Assembly: GCF_009834535.1 (NCBI RefSeq)
Contig: NC_045697.1
Span: 35,156,001-35,220,000, forward strand
Direction: 5' to 3'
Length of the DNA stretch: 64,000 bases
From: Camelus ferus
Lineage: Eukaryota
Part shown: piece by piece, positions 25,224 through 39,100 of the stretch
Layout: each line of letters begins with the position of its first letter
Position numbering within the stretch: position 1 is the first letter of the stretch
Position numbers and translations under genes: made by a program
The notes under the pieces: model-generated
Told to the model about the DNA's origin: nothing
Databases searched by the model: none
The model's input: the letters and a program-made list of their open reading frames with translations, nothing else

Positions 25224-25401
25224 CACTTAGAAAGAGTTGTTGAGGCACAGAGTTTGTAGAAAAGACACCAAATTTGGAAAGGATCCATCTAAAAGCTCTT
25301 TCAATCTGGAGCTTGTACTTTATAGGCACGCAAGTGGGCACACTGGGGCAAAGCAGTAGTGACTCACACCATGTACAAAGCAGAATATGGAGTGTTAAAG
25401 G
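25224..25401 (-). other. Internal exon (178 nt) of the minus-strand gene, probably 5'UTR
   Basis: acceptor tttcttttctctctgtctttttttgtcttccag|C at 25402/25401 and consensus donor GTG|gtaagt at 25224/25223; unique sequence. Confidence 0.8.
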
Positions 25402-25577
25402 CTGGAAGACAAAAAAAGACAGAGAGAAAAGAAACATGGTTGGTTATTAGTAACAGCCACCTTTGAAACAAAAGTTGTAACATTTTAGCAGTTTTTATGT
25501 AACATATCATCACTGAAATTAGTTTTTATAATTGAGAATTTGGCCAAGAAGAACTTACTTATAAAGAAATCTCAACT

Positions 25578-25695
25578 GGGGGGAGGGTATAGCTCAGTGG
25601 CACAGCACGTGCTTAGCATACAAGAGTTCGTGGGTTCAATCTCCAGTATCTCCACTAAAAATAAATAAATAAACCTTAAAAAGAAAGGAAGGAAG
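25578..25695 (+). mobile_element. Camelid tRNA-derived SINE
   Basis: ggggggagggtatagctcagtggc...gggttcaatctccagtatctcc; TSD aaagaaatctca(a/g)ct at 25563-25577 and 25696-25710. Confidence 0.9.
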
Positions 25696-25979
25696 AAAGA
25701 AATCTCAGCTATATAGGAAAAGACTCTATCTGGAGAGAAAAAAACAAGAAAATGACAATTTGTCTTTTAAAGGTTCTAATTTAAATTTTTTTCACCACAC
25801 ATACCATCTTTCTCAAGTATATTATGAATTTCCTCACCATCTAAACATAATTATCTGTTTCTTGGTGACACAAGGTACATCATTGTAAGAGTTTTTCCAT
25901 AGTACTGGAGAATACATACACTATGGGACTTGGGGTAATGACCTTAGAACTACCTTTTTCCAAAAGGTACCCTCAGGCA

Positions 25980-26550
25980 TCCCAAGAAATGAGTACTCTC
26001 TACTGCTGGTGGTAGTGTCAATATCTACAAAATTAAGAATGCATTTATTCAACAACCCTCCTTCTGGGGCATTCTCCTATAGGTATAACTGCACATTCAC
26101 AAAATAAAGTATACAGAAGACTATTGTGGGATTTTTTGTAAAACTGAAACACACTGAAAACCTAAGAGAACTGGTAAAATCATTTATGACACATCCATAA
26201 GAAGGAATATAATGCAGCTGTAGAAATGAATAAAGAAGCACTCTGTGCAGTTCTATGCAAACATCACCAGAATAAGTTAAATAAACAAGGTACAGAAAAG
26301 CAAGGTATGGTATATATATGTTGTTATATTCTGCTTTCCAAAAGGGGAGGGAAAGAGGGAAGTAAGATCATCTATTCTTATTTGTTAATATTTATTATGA
26401 AGTACTGTAAGATACATAAGAAATTGGCAAAAACGGGTTAATTATAAAGGACAGTAAGAAAACAGGGATGGGAGTGAAGACTTCTCAGTGTGTCACTTTG
26501 ACTTCCAAAACATGTAAATGTTCCAACAAAATTAAATTTAAAACAAGCTG
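25980..26550 (+). mobile_element. L1ME-type 3' fragment
   Basis: tactgctggtggtagtgt..., catccataagaaggaatataatgcagctgtag. Confidence 0.55.
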
Positions 26551-26847
26551 CCCAAATAAGCTTAATTTTTTATTCTTTCATCCCTTTTTCATAAAAACAT
26601 GAGCTGTTATATGATCAGTATAATATGGTTACTTTCCTGGAAAATCAAATGGCAAATTATTTTCTTGTCCTTCAGAAAAACCCTTCTCTTTCTACTGATA
26701 GCAATTCAACATATATTCAGTGCCTCCTATCTGCTAGCACTACACATATCCGTGAACAAAATCAGAAAATCCCTGCTCGAGTGACCTTAAACTCAGTTGT
26801 TACCCTTTTACTGATTGCTGGTGAAGGCAGAGTAAGAAAGGCATAAA

Positions 26848-27457
26848 GGCGCCCACCGTGGCCTCCGGTCGGCTGCTGGCAGGAAGAGGGTGCCTGGTGG
26901 AGAGCAAAGGCCTTGACAAACACATGAAGGAAGTAGGAGTGGGAATGCTCTGCAAAAAGTGGTGCAATGGCCAAATCAGATGGTATCATCACTTCTGACA
27001 CCAAAAATCTCACCGTAAAAACTGAGAGCACTTCGAAAACACAGTTCTCCTGTAACCTGAGAGAGAAGTCTGAAGAGACTACAGCCGATGGCAGAACATC
27101 TCAGACTGCCTGCAACTTTACATACAGCACATGGGTTCAACCTCAGGAACGGTATGGGAAGGAAAGCACAGTAACAAGAAGATTGCAAGATGGGAAATTA
27201 GTGGTGGAATGAGTCCTGAACAATGTCACTAGTACACGGGTCTATGAAAAAGCAGAGTGAAAATGCCATCATCTTTTTGGACAGGAATTAGCTGCGAGGA
27301 TGAACGAGCTCAGTCCAATGAGCAAAGCTCCATGCTGCTTTATGGTGTTCAATTATCTTTATCACAAACATTTTACTTCAACTATTTCACAGTGTTGGTT
27401 TAATTGGGATTATCCCTTTCGTTAGTAAATAAATCTGTTTGTGCTATTAAAAAAAAA
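26848..27457 (+). pseudogene. FABP5: Processed FABP5 (epidermal fatty-acid binding protein) pseudogene
   Basis: intronless translation ...MAKSDGIITSDTKNLTVKTESTSKTQFSCNLREKSEETTADGR...GKESTVTRRLQDGKLVVE*VLNNVTSTRVYEKAE* matches FABP5; start ATG>GTG (26858), net 2-nt deletion before 26967, premature TGA 27210-27212; AATAAA 27428, poly(A) 27449-27457, TSD-like aaaggcataaa/aaaagcataaa. Confidence 0.95.
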
Positions 27458-28139
27458 GCATAAATATACATTGCTAGATGAAATGTAAATTTGACAACCA
27501 TTCTGAAAAGCACTGTGTCAATATGTAATGAGAAGCTTTAATACGTTCTTAGCTATTGACCTAGCAACTGTTACATTCCTGAGAACTCAAAATGCAGACA
27601 GAATTTCATATATAAATTTTTTACATTATGTATGAAGAAAAATTGTAAGAAATATAAATGTCCAAAGTAGGGAAACAGTTGACTAACTCAGCAGATGGAA
27701 TATTATGCTGCAGTTAATCTGGAAGTAATTTCTAGTTAAATATGGTATATTAACCACAAATATTTTTTCCCACTCCATCCCTGGGGTCCTCTGAAATAAT
27801 TGTACAATTTGAAAAATTAAATAAAAAATAAGAACACAAAAGCCAGAGAGAACAGAAGAGGTATTCTTTCTTGATAGGATAAAATTAAAATACAATTTCA
27901 AAAAACGTGGGGAAATGCGTTAAATAACAATACAAGGCAGGACTCAAAAATTGTACATAATTTCAGTCATACTTTTAAAATTACATTAAAACACAGGGCA
28001 AAAAACCCACTCAATATTATTCCTAAACAGTGATTTAAAATAAGTGACTTTTTTCTTTTATGCTTTTCTATATTTTCCAAAATATCTACAAAGAGCTATT
28101 ACTGTTATAGTCAGAAAAATAAAATCACTTTAAAAACAT

Positions 28140-28405
28140 ACATGTACCCACTAGGATGGCTATAATCAAAAAGACAGATAATAACAAGTGTTGACAAGTA
28201 TATGGTTGGAACCCTCACACACTGCTGGTAGGAATATAAAATGGTGCAGCCACTTTGGAAAACAGTCTGGCAGTTTCTCAAAAGTTAAACATGACCCAAC
28301 AATTCCTCTCCCTTGGTACAGGTATATACCAAGAGAAATGAAAAAATACATCCAGGTAAAAATACGTGTACAAATGTTCTATATATATATATATGTGTAT
28401 GTATG

Positions 28406-28487
<82 letters not shown>

Positions 28488-28965
28488 CATATATATATAT
28501 TAAATGCTATATATATATATATATAGCATTTTTGTAATAGCCAAAGGGCAAAAAAAATACAAATGTCATCAACTGATGAATGGATAAATAAACTGTGGTA
28601 CATCCACCGAACGAATTCTGCCATAAAAAATATTCATACATCCTACAACACAGATGAATCTGAAGCTTGTTATGCTAAGTGAAAGAAGCCAGTCACAAAA
28701 GGCTACATATCACATGATTCCATTAATATGAATAGACAAATCTACAGAGAGAGAAAATAGATTAGCAGCTGACTTGTGCCAGAGGGAGGAGATAGGGGGC
28801 TAAATGGATATGGGGTTTCTTTTGGGGATGATGAAAATATTCTAAAATCGATTGTGGTGATGGTTGCATATCTCTGTCAATAGGCAAAAACCTCAAATTG
28901 TACACTTTTCTTTATTGGTGATTTGTATGGTATGTGAATTATATCTCAATAAAGCTATGACATTA
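28140..28965 (+). mobile_element. L1MB-type 3' end
   Basis: acccactaggatggctataatcaaaaagacagataataacaagtgttg...cagccactttggaaaacagtctggcag...gaattatatctcaataaagct. Confidence 0.85.
28380..28524. repeat. Compound (TA)n/(TG)n microsatellite
   Basis: direct reading. Confidence 0.95.
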
Positions 28966-30285
28966 ATCTTATATATATAAAAGATTTCTTCAGCACTAAC
29001 CAATATTTCACATAATATTCTCATCATTGGATTCAATATAAAATCAGGCTGTTGCCAATCCTGAAACCATGGACAAACCACAATCTGCAGGTTTCAGTTT
29101 CCTTTTGTGGGAGTGGGGAATCCTCTCTGGTGCCCATTCTCATTTTTCTCCCAACAATTGAGTTGCAGACCTACCAAGAATTGTTCCAAAATCTGTTTAT
29201 ACCAGTTGTATTTACTATAATTATATATTTAGTTAAATATTGTATCAAAAATATGAGTACAAAAAGAAAGTGCTTTGTCTCTGAAAACTAAGCTGTATGA
29301 TTTGAAAAAGGCAAGTCACCTAAAATATCCTAAAAAGAAGGCCTCAGCTATACATCAAAAGATTGATGATATACAAGCATTTATATCCTTAACCAATTAT
29401 AAAATATTTAAGGCATGTAACTTACTTATGATTCTTCATTTTAAACAATGTTTGTTTAACCATCCCGACTACTGGTTGACTATACAATCAATATTGTATA
29501 AGAGATTCTACTCTATGTAAGTTATTTGTATGAAACACTAACAGAAGTACACTATTACTATTACTCTATCTCATGGTCTAAAGAGTGATGGTTGACCCTG
29601 CTGAGTTGCCTCTTAAAGAGACTGAAATCTTTCTACCCTTCAAGTTCCTAGTCCCACCACAGTCCTGTAATCTCTTCAGAAACCCTCATCTCAAACTGAA
29701 AAGGATGCCCCGTGTAAACTCTTCAAATCCAGTTCAAGACTGCTACAGTCAGTCTTCCTGTGCTATTGGGATCTTCAAAACCTCTCTTTTCAAAGCCAAA
29801 TCTACATGTGACCTGTATATTCAGACGACCATTAAGCTAAATATATATACATATATCTTACACTCACACATCATAAACTCCTTTTTTATTTCCTCTTACC
29901 ATACATTTGGGCCTCTACTTTCTCATCTCTTATCATTTGCACTCTGACCCCAACCACTGCAATACTAAAATACTCTTCCATCAAAAGAATTCTCAGTGGT
30001 CTCTCACCTCTCCTCTCACTACTCTGATGCACAACTCTGATCACAAAACTCCCTGCCTTGGTAATTCAGTGCTACTCCCAATGTCTACAGAATAAAGTCC
30101 AAGAATTCCTTAAACTTGGAGTCAAGGAACTAATGGAAGAGAATAAACTGGTAGCCCATCTCTCTAATGTTCTCTAGACTAGTCAGGTTGAACCCTGCTC
30201 TGTGCAAACACGTCCCATTCATTCCTACGCCCAGATCTTTCTTCCATCTATAATGCCCTCCCTTTGTTTCTATGCATTAAATTCC

Positions 30286-30435
30286 TTTTTTTCCTGTTTT
30301 TTTTGGGGGGGGGGCTGGGGCGGAAAGGAAGTGATTAGGTTTTTTAAATTTTTTTTTTAATAGAGGTACGAGGGTTTGAACCCAGGACCTTGTGCATGCT
30401 AAACATTCACTCTACCACTGATCTATAACTTCCCC
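30286..30435 (-). mobile_element. Camelid tRNA-derived SINE
   Basis: gaggtacgagggtttgaacccaggaccttgtgcatgctaaacattcactctaccactgatctataacttcccc preceded by T-tail. Confidence 0.9.
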
Positions 30436-31026
30436 TAGAAAATCACTTTTTCTTTCAAAGCTTTGGGTTTCTCAACTATAGGACCTTCAAGGGCTTTTTA
30501 TAATGATCATAAAATGTTAGAAGTATTATAAGTATTATTAAGTGTAAACTTAGAACAATAGCCAGCAGCTATTACTCAACAAATGCTGTTACTGTTGTTC
30601 ATTCAGCACAATGAGGGCTCAATATTTTTTAAACTGACAGGCAAAACAAAACAAAACAAAAAATTCTTTTCCAGCCATACTATACTCTTTGCTCTAAAAG
30701 CAACAGTTTAAGGCCTGACATCTCTGAGAGTTAAGATGATGAAAATTTCTGATAAGCAATAGCTTTCAGTTTATGGGACTCTCACACAGATTTATGACAT
30801 AAGAACAGCAACCCTCCATTTCATGATTTAGTCAAGAATAACAATTTATGATCACTTCACAATATACATAAGTCAAGTCATCATGTTGTACACCTTCAAC
30901 TTTTGCAGTGCTGCAGGTCAATTATATCTCAGTAAAACGGAAAGAAAAATAAAAACCTTAATTCACTAATATCTACCAAAAAAGGGCAGGGAGGGCAAGA
31001 TTTACCAAAATAGTTTCATCATTTAC

Positions 31027-31375
31027 TTTTTTTTAAACTGTGGTAAAATACACACAATATTTAATTCGCCATCTTAACTATTTTTAAGTGTACAGTTTAG
31101 TGGCACAACTACATTCACGTTGTACAAACATCATCACCATCCATCTCCAGAACTCTTTTCATCTTGCAAAACTGAAACTCTGTCCTCACTAAACAGTAAC
31201 TCCCCATTCCCCCACCCCTCCTCCTCCCTGTCCCTGGCAACAAGCATTCTATTCTCTGTTTCTATGAGTTTGACTACTCTAGGTACCTTATTTAAGTGGA
31301 ATCATACAGCATCTGTCCATTTGTGACTGGCTTATTTCATTAAACATGATGCCCCTCAAGGGTCCTTTGTGTTAC
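31027..31375 (-). mobile_element. L1MA/MB 3' end
   Basis: tgtggtaaaatacaca...tttttaagtgtacagtttagtggca...ccatctccagaactcttttcatcttgcaaaactgaaactct. Confidence 0.85.
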
Positions 31376-33079
31376 CACTGACTTTTTCAACAAGAACTTC
31401 AAAACCACACCAAGGACATGGTTGAAAAGTACTCTAGTTTAAACTTATGATTTTAACACAGTCTATATTATATGGCACTAGGTGGCAGATTTGGAGGACT
31501 CAAATTACAGAAAGAAAGGGAAAGTAGAATCACATGTACTCAGTAATTTGGCATGATACCAGGTATCACACTAGGTGCATTTCACACACAATTAAGTCCA
31601 CACAGCTCTAAAGAGGTAGGTTATTATTATTCCCAGCCGGTAAATGAGAAAAAGGAAGTTCAGAGGACCTCCCATGTCACTATTTCTAATGTCTATTTCC
31701 ATTTTGTTTTCATCATAGAATTTATCACTACCGGACATACATATAATTATATACATTTATTTCTGCATGTGCAAATCATATGTAGACCAAAAAAATGTTT
31801 GAGAATCACTTATTCAACAAAGCTGTATCTATAACACAACATAGCTTAGAATCTGAACATTTTATAGTCTCTAGCTTTTATGTTCATCCATGGATGCATT
31901 TCTTAGATACTCAGAAATTAGGAGACTTTATTACTGCCAAATATATATTTAGAGGTTTTTGTTTTTGTTTCTATTTTGAAGCAAGGATGGGAGGCAGGGG
32001 GCACTGGAGTGCAGGGGTAGGGGATAAATTCCAACTGAAAAGTACAAAGGTTCAAGAACGCTGGTCTCCAGTAAGCCCAAATCTACTATTATAACATCCT
32101 TATCTTCTATGCATTTTGTTATTTTAAATCAAACTGCATCTGAGGACTTCTCTACTAAGCATGAATTTACACTGGGAAGGAAGATATTAGGTTGTGTTAG
32201 ATGGTTTACTTACTCCTTGAATATGTTCTTACTATAATATTAGCTATATTTACAGTACAATGGATTTTCTTCTGCTTCAGAGTGACAATATTCCCACTAC
32301 CCTGTATTGTCACATCTTCTCCCTTAAAATCAGTTAAAACTTTGTATTACATCTCAAGAAATTAAGAACTATATACCCAACTTCTAAATTGCTTAAGCTC
32401 TATTTTTTTCATAATTTAAACAACAAATAGGTCCACAATTAGAAGAATTTTAAATGTTCTGAAGAGAAATAAAAAAGGGCTTCCACTAAATAAATCCCCA
32501 CTTGTAACAAAAGTCTACATTTCCCATTAGCTTGTTTTCATAAAATAATTTCTTTTGATCTCAGTATGAAAAATGTTACTCACAAAACGAGTACTGTAAT
32601 CATAAAATAATTTTATCTTCACTGGTGTAACAACAAGTCAGTGGTTTCCTTTTTGTGGTAAACAATGGGCCTTGGGAAACATTCCCTGTTAAATGTCTTT
32701 CACATTATTTTTTTTTACACACAATTGGTTTGACTTCCTAATAATCAGCATTTACCAGAAACAAGAAAGATAAAAATCTATATCAAGATACACAGTAAGG
32801 CTAAGCAAGCCAAAAGGAGAAAAACAGAAGAAAATTACAAAGGCTCCCTTTAAAAGGGTGGGGTCGAGAAAACTTTCAACCCAACACCAACCATTCCCAT
32901 ACGACTTCTTAAAGCTGAGAATATCAATTTCAAGGTGACAAAAATATCACGTCTTTTTTCCTCCATTCCTAAGGGATCATGCCTCATCAGGATACAAACA
33001 TACCATAATGATCACTCACCTTAAAGAGAAAAAAGTGGGGAGCCCCCCCGACCACAAAACCCCAGTCACAACTGCCCCG

Positions 33080-34440
33080 TTTCTCTGCTCCCCTTTATAA
33101 CAAAAGTCCTCCACACCATTGTCTCTATTCAGTATTTCACTAGCTTCCCTTCTTCGCCTCATTCTCTCCTCTCTCTCTGTCTACTCAGGGGCTCTCCACC
33201 TCCACTGCTGCCCAGGACCACGGGTTGGGGTCACGGATGACCTCCACACCTTGTGAAATTCAGGTCAATCATCAGCCCTCATCTCAGTGATTCCAGAGCT
33301 GCATCCTCTCCCTCCTTTTTGAAACACTTTTGTCACAAGGATGGCAAGATGCCACACACTGTGCTCCTCCTCTTCCTCAAGAACTGCTTTTCCTCTGCCT
33401 CTTTCCCTACTCAAGACGTTGTTGGAGAGCCCAGGGTCAGTCCTTGGCCCTCTTCTCCACCGACACTCACCTCGGGGCCTAAAGGCCTCACATTCAAATC
33501 TGGAATTTGTCAGCACATGGATGGTGTCTCTAGCCCAGACCTCTCTCTACTAGCACTAACCTTGCAAATTCAAACACCTGTCTGCACATCTAAAGGGATG
33601 TCAAACACAACTCTTAATACAGCCCCCTAAACTTCGCCTACTCCCAGCACTGCCCTGCAGTAAATAGTACCACCTTTCTTCCAGTCGCTCAGTAACTTTT
33701 ATTCCTTTCTTTACTTCACACCTTCACATCTAATCCATTAACAAGTTCTGCCAGCTCTACTTGCAAAATACTATGTATCCTAAATCTGACCATGTCTCCC
33801 ATCCACTTGCTACCAACCTAGTCAGAGCCGTCATCATCTCTGCCCCCAAACAATTTCAAGAAGCCTCTTAATTGATATTTCTGCATCACCCCCTAATTCT
33901 CCCCTAATTCACCTCCTAATTCCCCAGTCACCAGAGTGATCTTTTTAGAACAAGAATTTATTCACTCTACTTTTGCTCAAAAATCCTTCACTGGTTTCCC
34001 ATCAAATGCAGAAAAATACCCATGGTCTGCCTCACATTTCCTTTCCTCTATTTTAGCTACACCAGCTTTCCTGCTAGTCCTGAAGTTCAAGAAGCTTATT
34101 TCCACATCAGGGCCTATGCACTAGCTAATCCCCCCGCCTGGAAAGTTCTTTCCTGTGAGTATGACTTGCCCCCTCCCTTCCACCAGATGGCCGCAAATGC
34201 TACCTCCCCCAAAGAGGCCTTCCCCACCACCTTATCTGAAATAACTGATACCCATCAAACTCTAGCCAAATAATTTTTCATCACAGAGTTTATCACCTAA
34301 TATTTGTTTACTATTTGCCTGCCCGACCAAAAACCAAGCTCCAGGAGGGCAGAGACTGCCTTGTTTGCATTTATAATCCCCAGCACCATCTTTCAAGTCA
34401 CAGGTATGAAATAAACATCTGTGGATTAAATAAAGGATGT
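33080..34440 (+). mobile_element. L2 LINE, long 3' fragment
   Basis: cagggtcagtccttggccctcttctc, ccagagtgatctttttagaa, agctccaggagggcagagac and 3' tail aataaacatctgtggattaaat. Confidence 0.8.
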
Positions 34441-35408
34441 GAAAGATAACACATGATATGCACCACACACACAAAAAAACCCAAAAAAACAATACATAGA
34501 CTTTCAAACAATTTAATGAACACAGTACGTTTCCATTTTACAGCCTTTAAGAGGAGATGAGTAGCACAGAATGACAGAGGAAGAGGTGACCTTCTTGTTT
34601 TCAACACACAAATCCAATGTATTTGCACACCCTATCTTACATGCATTTTGAGATGTAACGTAATGCTTCCAGAAAATAGCAGGTTTTGAGCTGTTTTCCT
34701 TTCTTCTTGTTAAACAGCTGAACCAACCTGTATGCAAACAGTTAGCTTAAAAGGAGGAACAAAACTCAGGTGATAACCCAGGATACATATTCGACTAGCT
34801 CCTTGTTCCAATATTCCCTGAGATAACCTAATCAACATACAAAGGGGGGAGCTCAAGCAATGTTAGAAATTTGAAAGGGGTAGCACCCCACCCCTGAAAT
34901 GTTGCTATTTTAAGGTAAAAACAATGGGGAAGGAGAAGCAACCTGCCCTTACAGTAGCCATTAGCGCTGTGCTCTGACAGCCGGCTTGCAAGTCTACTCC
35001 ACTGGGGTGCACCTCAGGAGAAAATGTGCGATATCGCCCTCCATCAGACTCACTGGGCTAAATACTAACTGCAGCCTTCAAAACACTGACTATCCTTTAA
35101 GAGAAGAGAGAATGAAATCTCATGTAGGCTGTGACTATTCAACACGGAATAGTGTGTGTATGAAAAACATCACAGGACTACAGAAGAGAACTGGCAGAGA
35201 CAGGACTGATCAAAATTTTCTGAATTCTGAGGATAATGATCCTGGCAGAATTCTAAACGAAGGGGTGGGAGGCAAAACCACTGGCTTTTCTCAGATACTT
35301 ACTCTTCGGTGGGGATGAAGTGATTGTCAGGGTTACCAAGAGATTGTCTATAATCAGGATTAGGGACTTGAGGAGTACCTTCCCTCAAAAAACAAATCAA
35401 TCAGTAAA

Positions 35409-35410
<2 letters not shown>

Positions 35411-35490
<80 letters not shown>
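35411..35490. repeat. (AAT)n microsatellite, ~26-27 perfect units
   Basis: direct reading. Confidence 0.97.
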
Positions 35491-35491
<1 letters not shown>

Positions 35492-35509
35492 TAGAGGATA
35501 TTAACAACA

Positions 35510-35860
35510 TTATCCACTTTCCCTCTCCTAGGCTTAAAGGAGGATTGTACTTTCCTTCCCCTTCTGAAGTCAGGCATAGTCATGTGACTTGTGTTGGCCG
35601 ATGAAATGTGAGTAGAATTGAGACGTAAACTTCCAATGGAAGCATTTAACTGTTGGCACTGGGCTTTGTACTTCTCCTCCCACTGTCTCTGTAATCACGT
35701 TGGCAGGTGTTAATATGGAATTGCAATGCCAAACCTGTAGAGAGAAGACAGCTTGTCTAGAAGGCACAGACTTAGGATGAATGAGAAATAAATTTTTGTG
35801 TTTTAAGCACTGGTAATTTGAGGATTGTTTTTATTAGAGGATAAGCTAACCTAATTTGAT
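35510..35860 (+). mobile_element. MLT1 (MaLR) LTR
   Basis: gtcatgtgacttgtgttggccgatgaaatgtgagtagaa...atgagaaataaatttttgtgttttaagcactg. Confidence 0.7.
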
Positions 35861-36151
35861 TATTTTAAAATTCCAATAAAATTAATTAAAGTTTGCCAAA
35901 TCCAGAAAATTAGACAAGGGGAAAGACATTTCAGAGGTAGATAGAAAACCATAAAAATGATCTCATAATGAGGAATGATTTGTAACCACAGAAATAGAGG
36001 ATTAATGTAATATCCCTTCAAAAATCAGTAATTTCATCTTAATTAAATTATTTTAAAGAATAGTAGGCTATCTCTGAAAGGATGCATAAGAAACTACTAA
36101 TACTGGTTGCCTCCAAGAAAGGAAACTGTATAGTAATAGAAAAAGTGAGGA

Positions 36152-39100
36152 GAGACTTCCAATTTTCAGTCTGTCATTAAAGACACCACTAGGTCTTTAA
36201 AAAAAAAAAAAAAAAAGTAAAAAGACAAGCAAACTGAAAAAGCAACAACTTCTTAGACCCATAAGAGAAGTGAGGTCACAGGGCAAACCACTACTCCCAA
36301 AATTGGAGACAGGCAGATGCAGAAAATCACAACTTTCGGGAACAGAAACCCATGAGCAAACACTTCCGTGGGAACCAGTGCCAGGATAAGAAAACCTGCA
36401 CTTTGACAAATTGCTAGAGGCTTAGTGTGGACAACTCTGAGAATTAAAAACTCCAAGGGGGCCAGTAATAGAGGAAACCCCATACTTTTGTAATTTTATC
36501 TCCAAGAGTTTCACCCGGTGCTCACAGTCAAGATCAAAGAAAAATCCCCTCAGGATTCTGGCAGGGAGAGGACAAAAACATTTTGAAATACTCCAAAGCA
36601 TTCTTAACAAAGTCTGCCCTCAAGACAAACTAAGACACTATTTAACCTGAGCCTAACTGACCTAAGAAAAGGGAAATACCCAACTCCAGTGCTCTCTGGT
36701 TATTCTGTTCCACCTGAGGTGGGGGAAAAACTGAGAAGCACTTGTGAAATTCAGCCTGGAGGCACAGGCTGACTAATAAAAGACTGCAATCTAATCATGG
36801 GGTTATAGAATGCCTGCTCTCCCCCCACACATCTCCCCCGACCCTCACACATTCCTGAAGGCCTACTTAAATCAAGCTCTTTTACTTGGTACTGTAGTCC
36901 ATGTTCAACTACCAAGAAAATATTACAAGGCATACTAAAAGGCAAAAAACAAAACAAAACAAAAACGGAAGCAGTTGAAGAGACAGCACAAGCATGAGAG
37001 CCAAACTCAGATATGGCAGGATGCTGGAGTTACCAGACTGGGAATCCAAAGCAACCAGGAGTAATAAGCTAAGAGTTCTAATGGATAAAGTAGAAAGCAT
37101 GCAAGAAAAGATGGGCAATGTCAGCAGACAGACGGAAACTCTAAGAATCAAAAAGAAACACTAGTGATCAAAAAAACACTGTAACTGAATTAAAGAGAGC
37201 CACTGACGGGCTAAGGAAAGAATATCTGAGCTTGAGGATATATCAATGGAAACTTGAAAAGAAATAAAATAGAATACTGAAAGCAAAGAGAAAAAAAGAC
37301 TAAGAAAACAAACAAACAAAAAAACAATATCTAAGAACTGTGGGACAACTACAAATGATCTAACATACATGTAATGAGAATAGGAGAAGAGAAAAAGAAA
37401 CAGAAGAAGTACAAGTATTATTTGAAACAAAAATGACTCAGAATTTCCCCAAATTAATATCAGATACCAAAACCACAGGCCCAGGAAGGTCAGAAAACAC
37501 CAAGTGGCATAAATGCAAAATATATATATATACACACATACCCAGGATATCATATTCAAAATCAAAGGGAAATAAAAAATCCTGAACAAAGCCAGAGGGG
37601 AGGAAAAAAAAACCTTACCTATAGAGGAACAAAGATAAGAATTTCAGCCACCTTCTTCTGAGAAACCATGCAGGCAAGAAGAGAGTGGAATGAAATATTT
37701 CAAACATTGACAGGAAAAAAAAAAAAAACACCTAGAATTTTGTACCCAGTGAAATTGTCTTTCAAAAGTGAAACAGAATAAAGACCACTTCAAACAAAAG
37801 TTGAGAGAATTTGTTGTCAGTAGACCTGCCTTGCAAGAAATGTTAAAAGATCTTTAGAGAAAAGAAAAATAATATAGATCAGAAACTCAGATCTACATAA
37901 AGAAAGGAAGACCATTGAAGAAAGAATAAAAGAAGGTAAAATATAAACTTTTACTGTTCTTATTCTTAATTGATCTAACAGAAAACAATTTGTTCAAAAT
38001 AACAGTGACAATGTATTCAGTTATGTATGCTTGTAAGTGAAATGAAGGACAGCACTGATATAAAGAGGAAAGGAGAAAGAATTAGAATTATTTTATTATT
38101 AGGTACTCACTCTACTCACGAAGCACGGTAGTATTATTTGAAAGTAGACTTGGATTAGTTGTAAATGTATATTGGAAACTATAGGGAAATGATTAAAAAC
38201 AGTTTAAAAAGAAGTGTAATTGATATGCTAAAAAAAGAAAAAACAATTAGATAAAATACTCAAAGCCATAAAAAGCAGGGAAAAAAAGAAACAAAAACAA
38301 GGGAAACAAATATGATAGAAATTAATTCAACTGTATCAATAATCACTTTGAACATCAATGGTCTAAATGAATAAATTAAAAAAACAGAGATTGTCAAAGT
38401 GGATTGAAAACCAAGACCAACTATACATTCCAGAAACCCACTTTAAATATAAAGACACACAGATTAAAAGTAATGGATGAAGAAAGATATGCCATCCTAA
38501 CACTAATAAAAGGAAAGACAGAGTATTTATTCTAATTTCATACGGAGCAGATTTAAAAGCAAAGAAAGTTATGAGGGATAAAGAAAGGCATCACAGAATG
38601 ATAAAGGGGTCAATTCTCCAAGAAGGCATAACAATCTTCAATGTATATCTACCTAACATGAGAGCATCAAAGTACATGAAGCAAAAATTGATAAAACTAC
38701 AAGGAGAAACAGATGAATCCACTATTACAGTTGGAGAACTCAACACCCCTCCTTCAGAAATGGACAGGTACAGCAATCAGAAAATCAGTAAGGACATAGC
38801 TGAACTCAACAATACCATCAGTCAACTGGATATAATTGACATCTATAGACCAGTTCATTCAACAACAGCAGAATACACATTCTAAGAGCTCACATAGATT
38901 AGTCACCAAATTTAAAAGAACAGAAATTACACAACAAACTACAATGAAATTAAACTAGAAATCAATGGCAAAAAGATAATTAGAAAATCCTAAAATACAT
39001 GGAGATTAAACAACATACTTCTAAATAACACATGGGTCAAAGAAGAAATCTCAAGAGAAGTTTTAAAATATTTTGCCTAAATGAAAATGAAAACATAATT

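Noticed and set aside
28166..28624. Several overlapping ORFs with YI/CV/HT repeats
   Set aside because: Products of an L1 3' end plus the (TA)n(TG)n microsatellite.
34513..34737. Possible minus-strand exon after tgtttgcatacag
   Set aside because: Weak acceptor and no convincing donor or recognisable peptide.
35320..35604. ORFs with poly-Asn / poly-Ile
   Set aside because: Translation of the (AAT)n microsatellite running into an MLT1 LTR.
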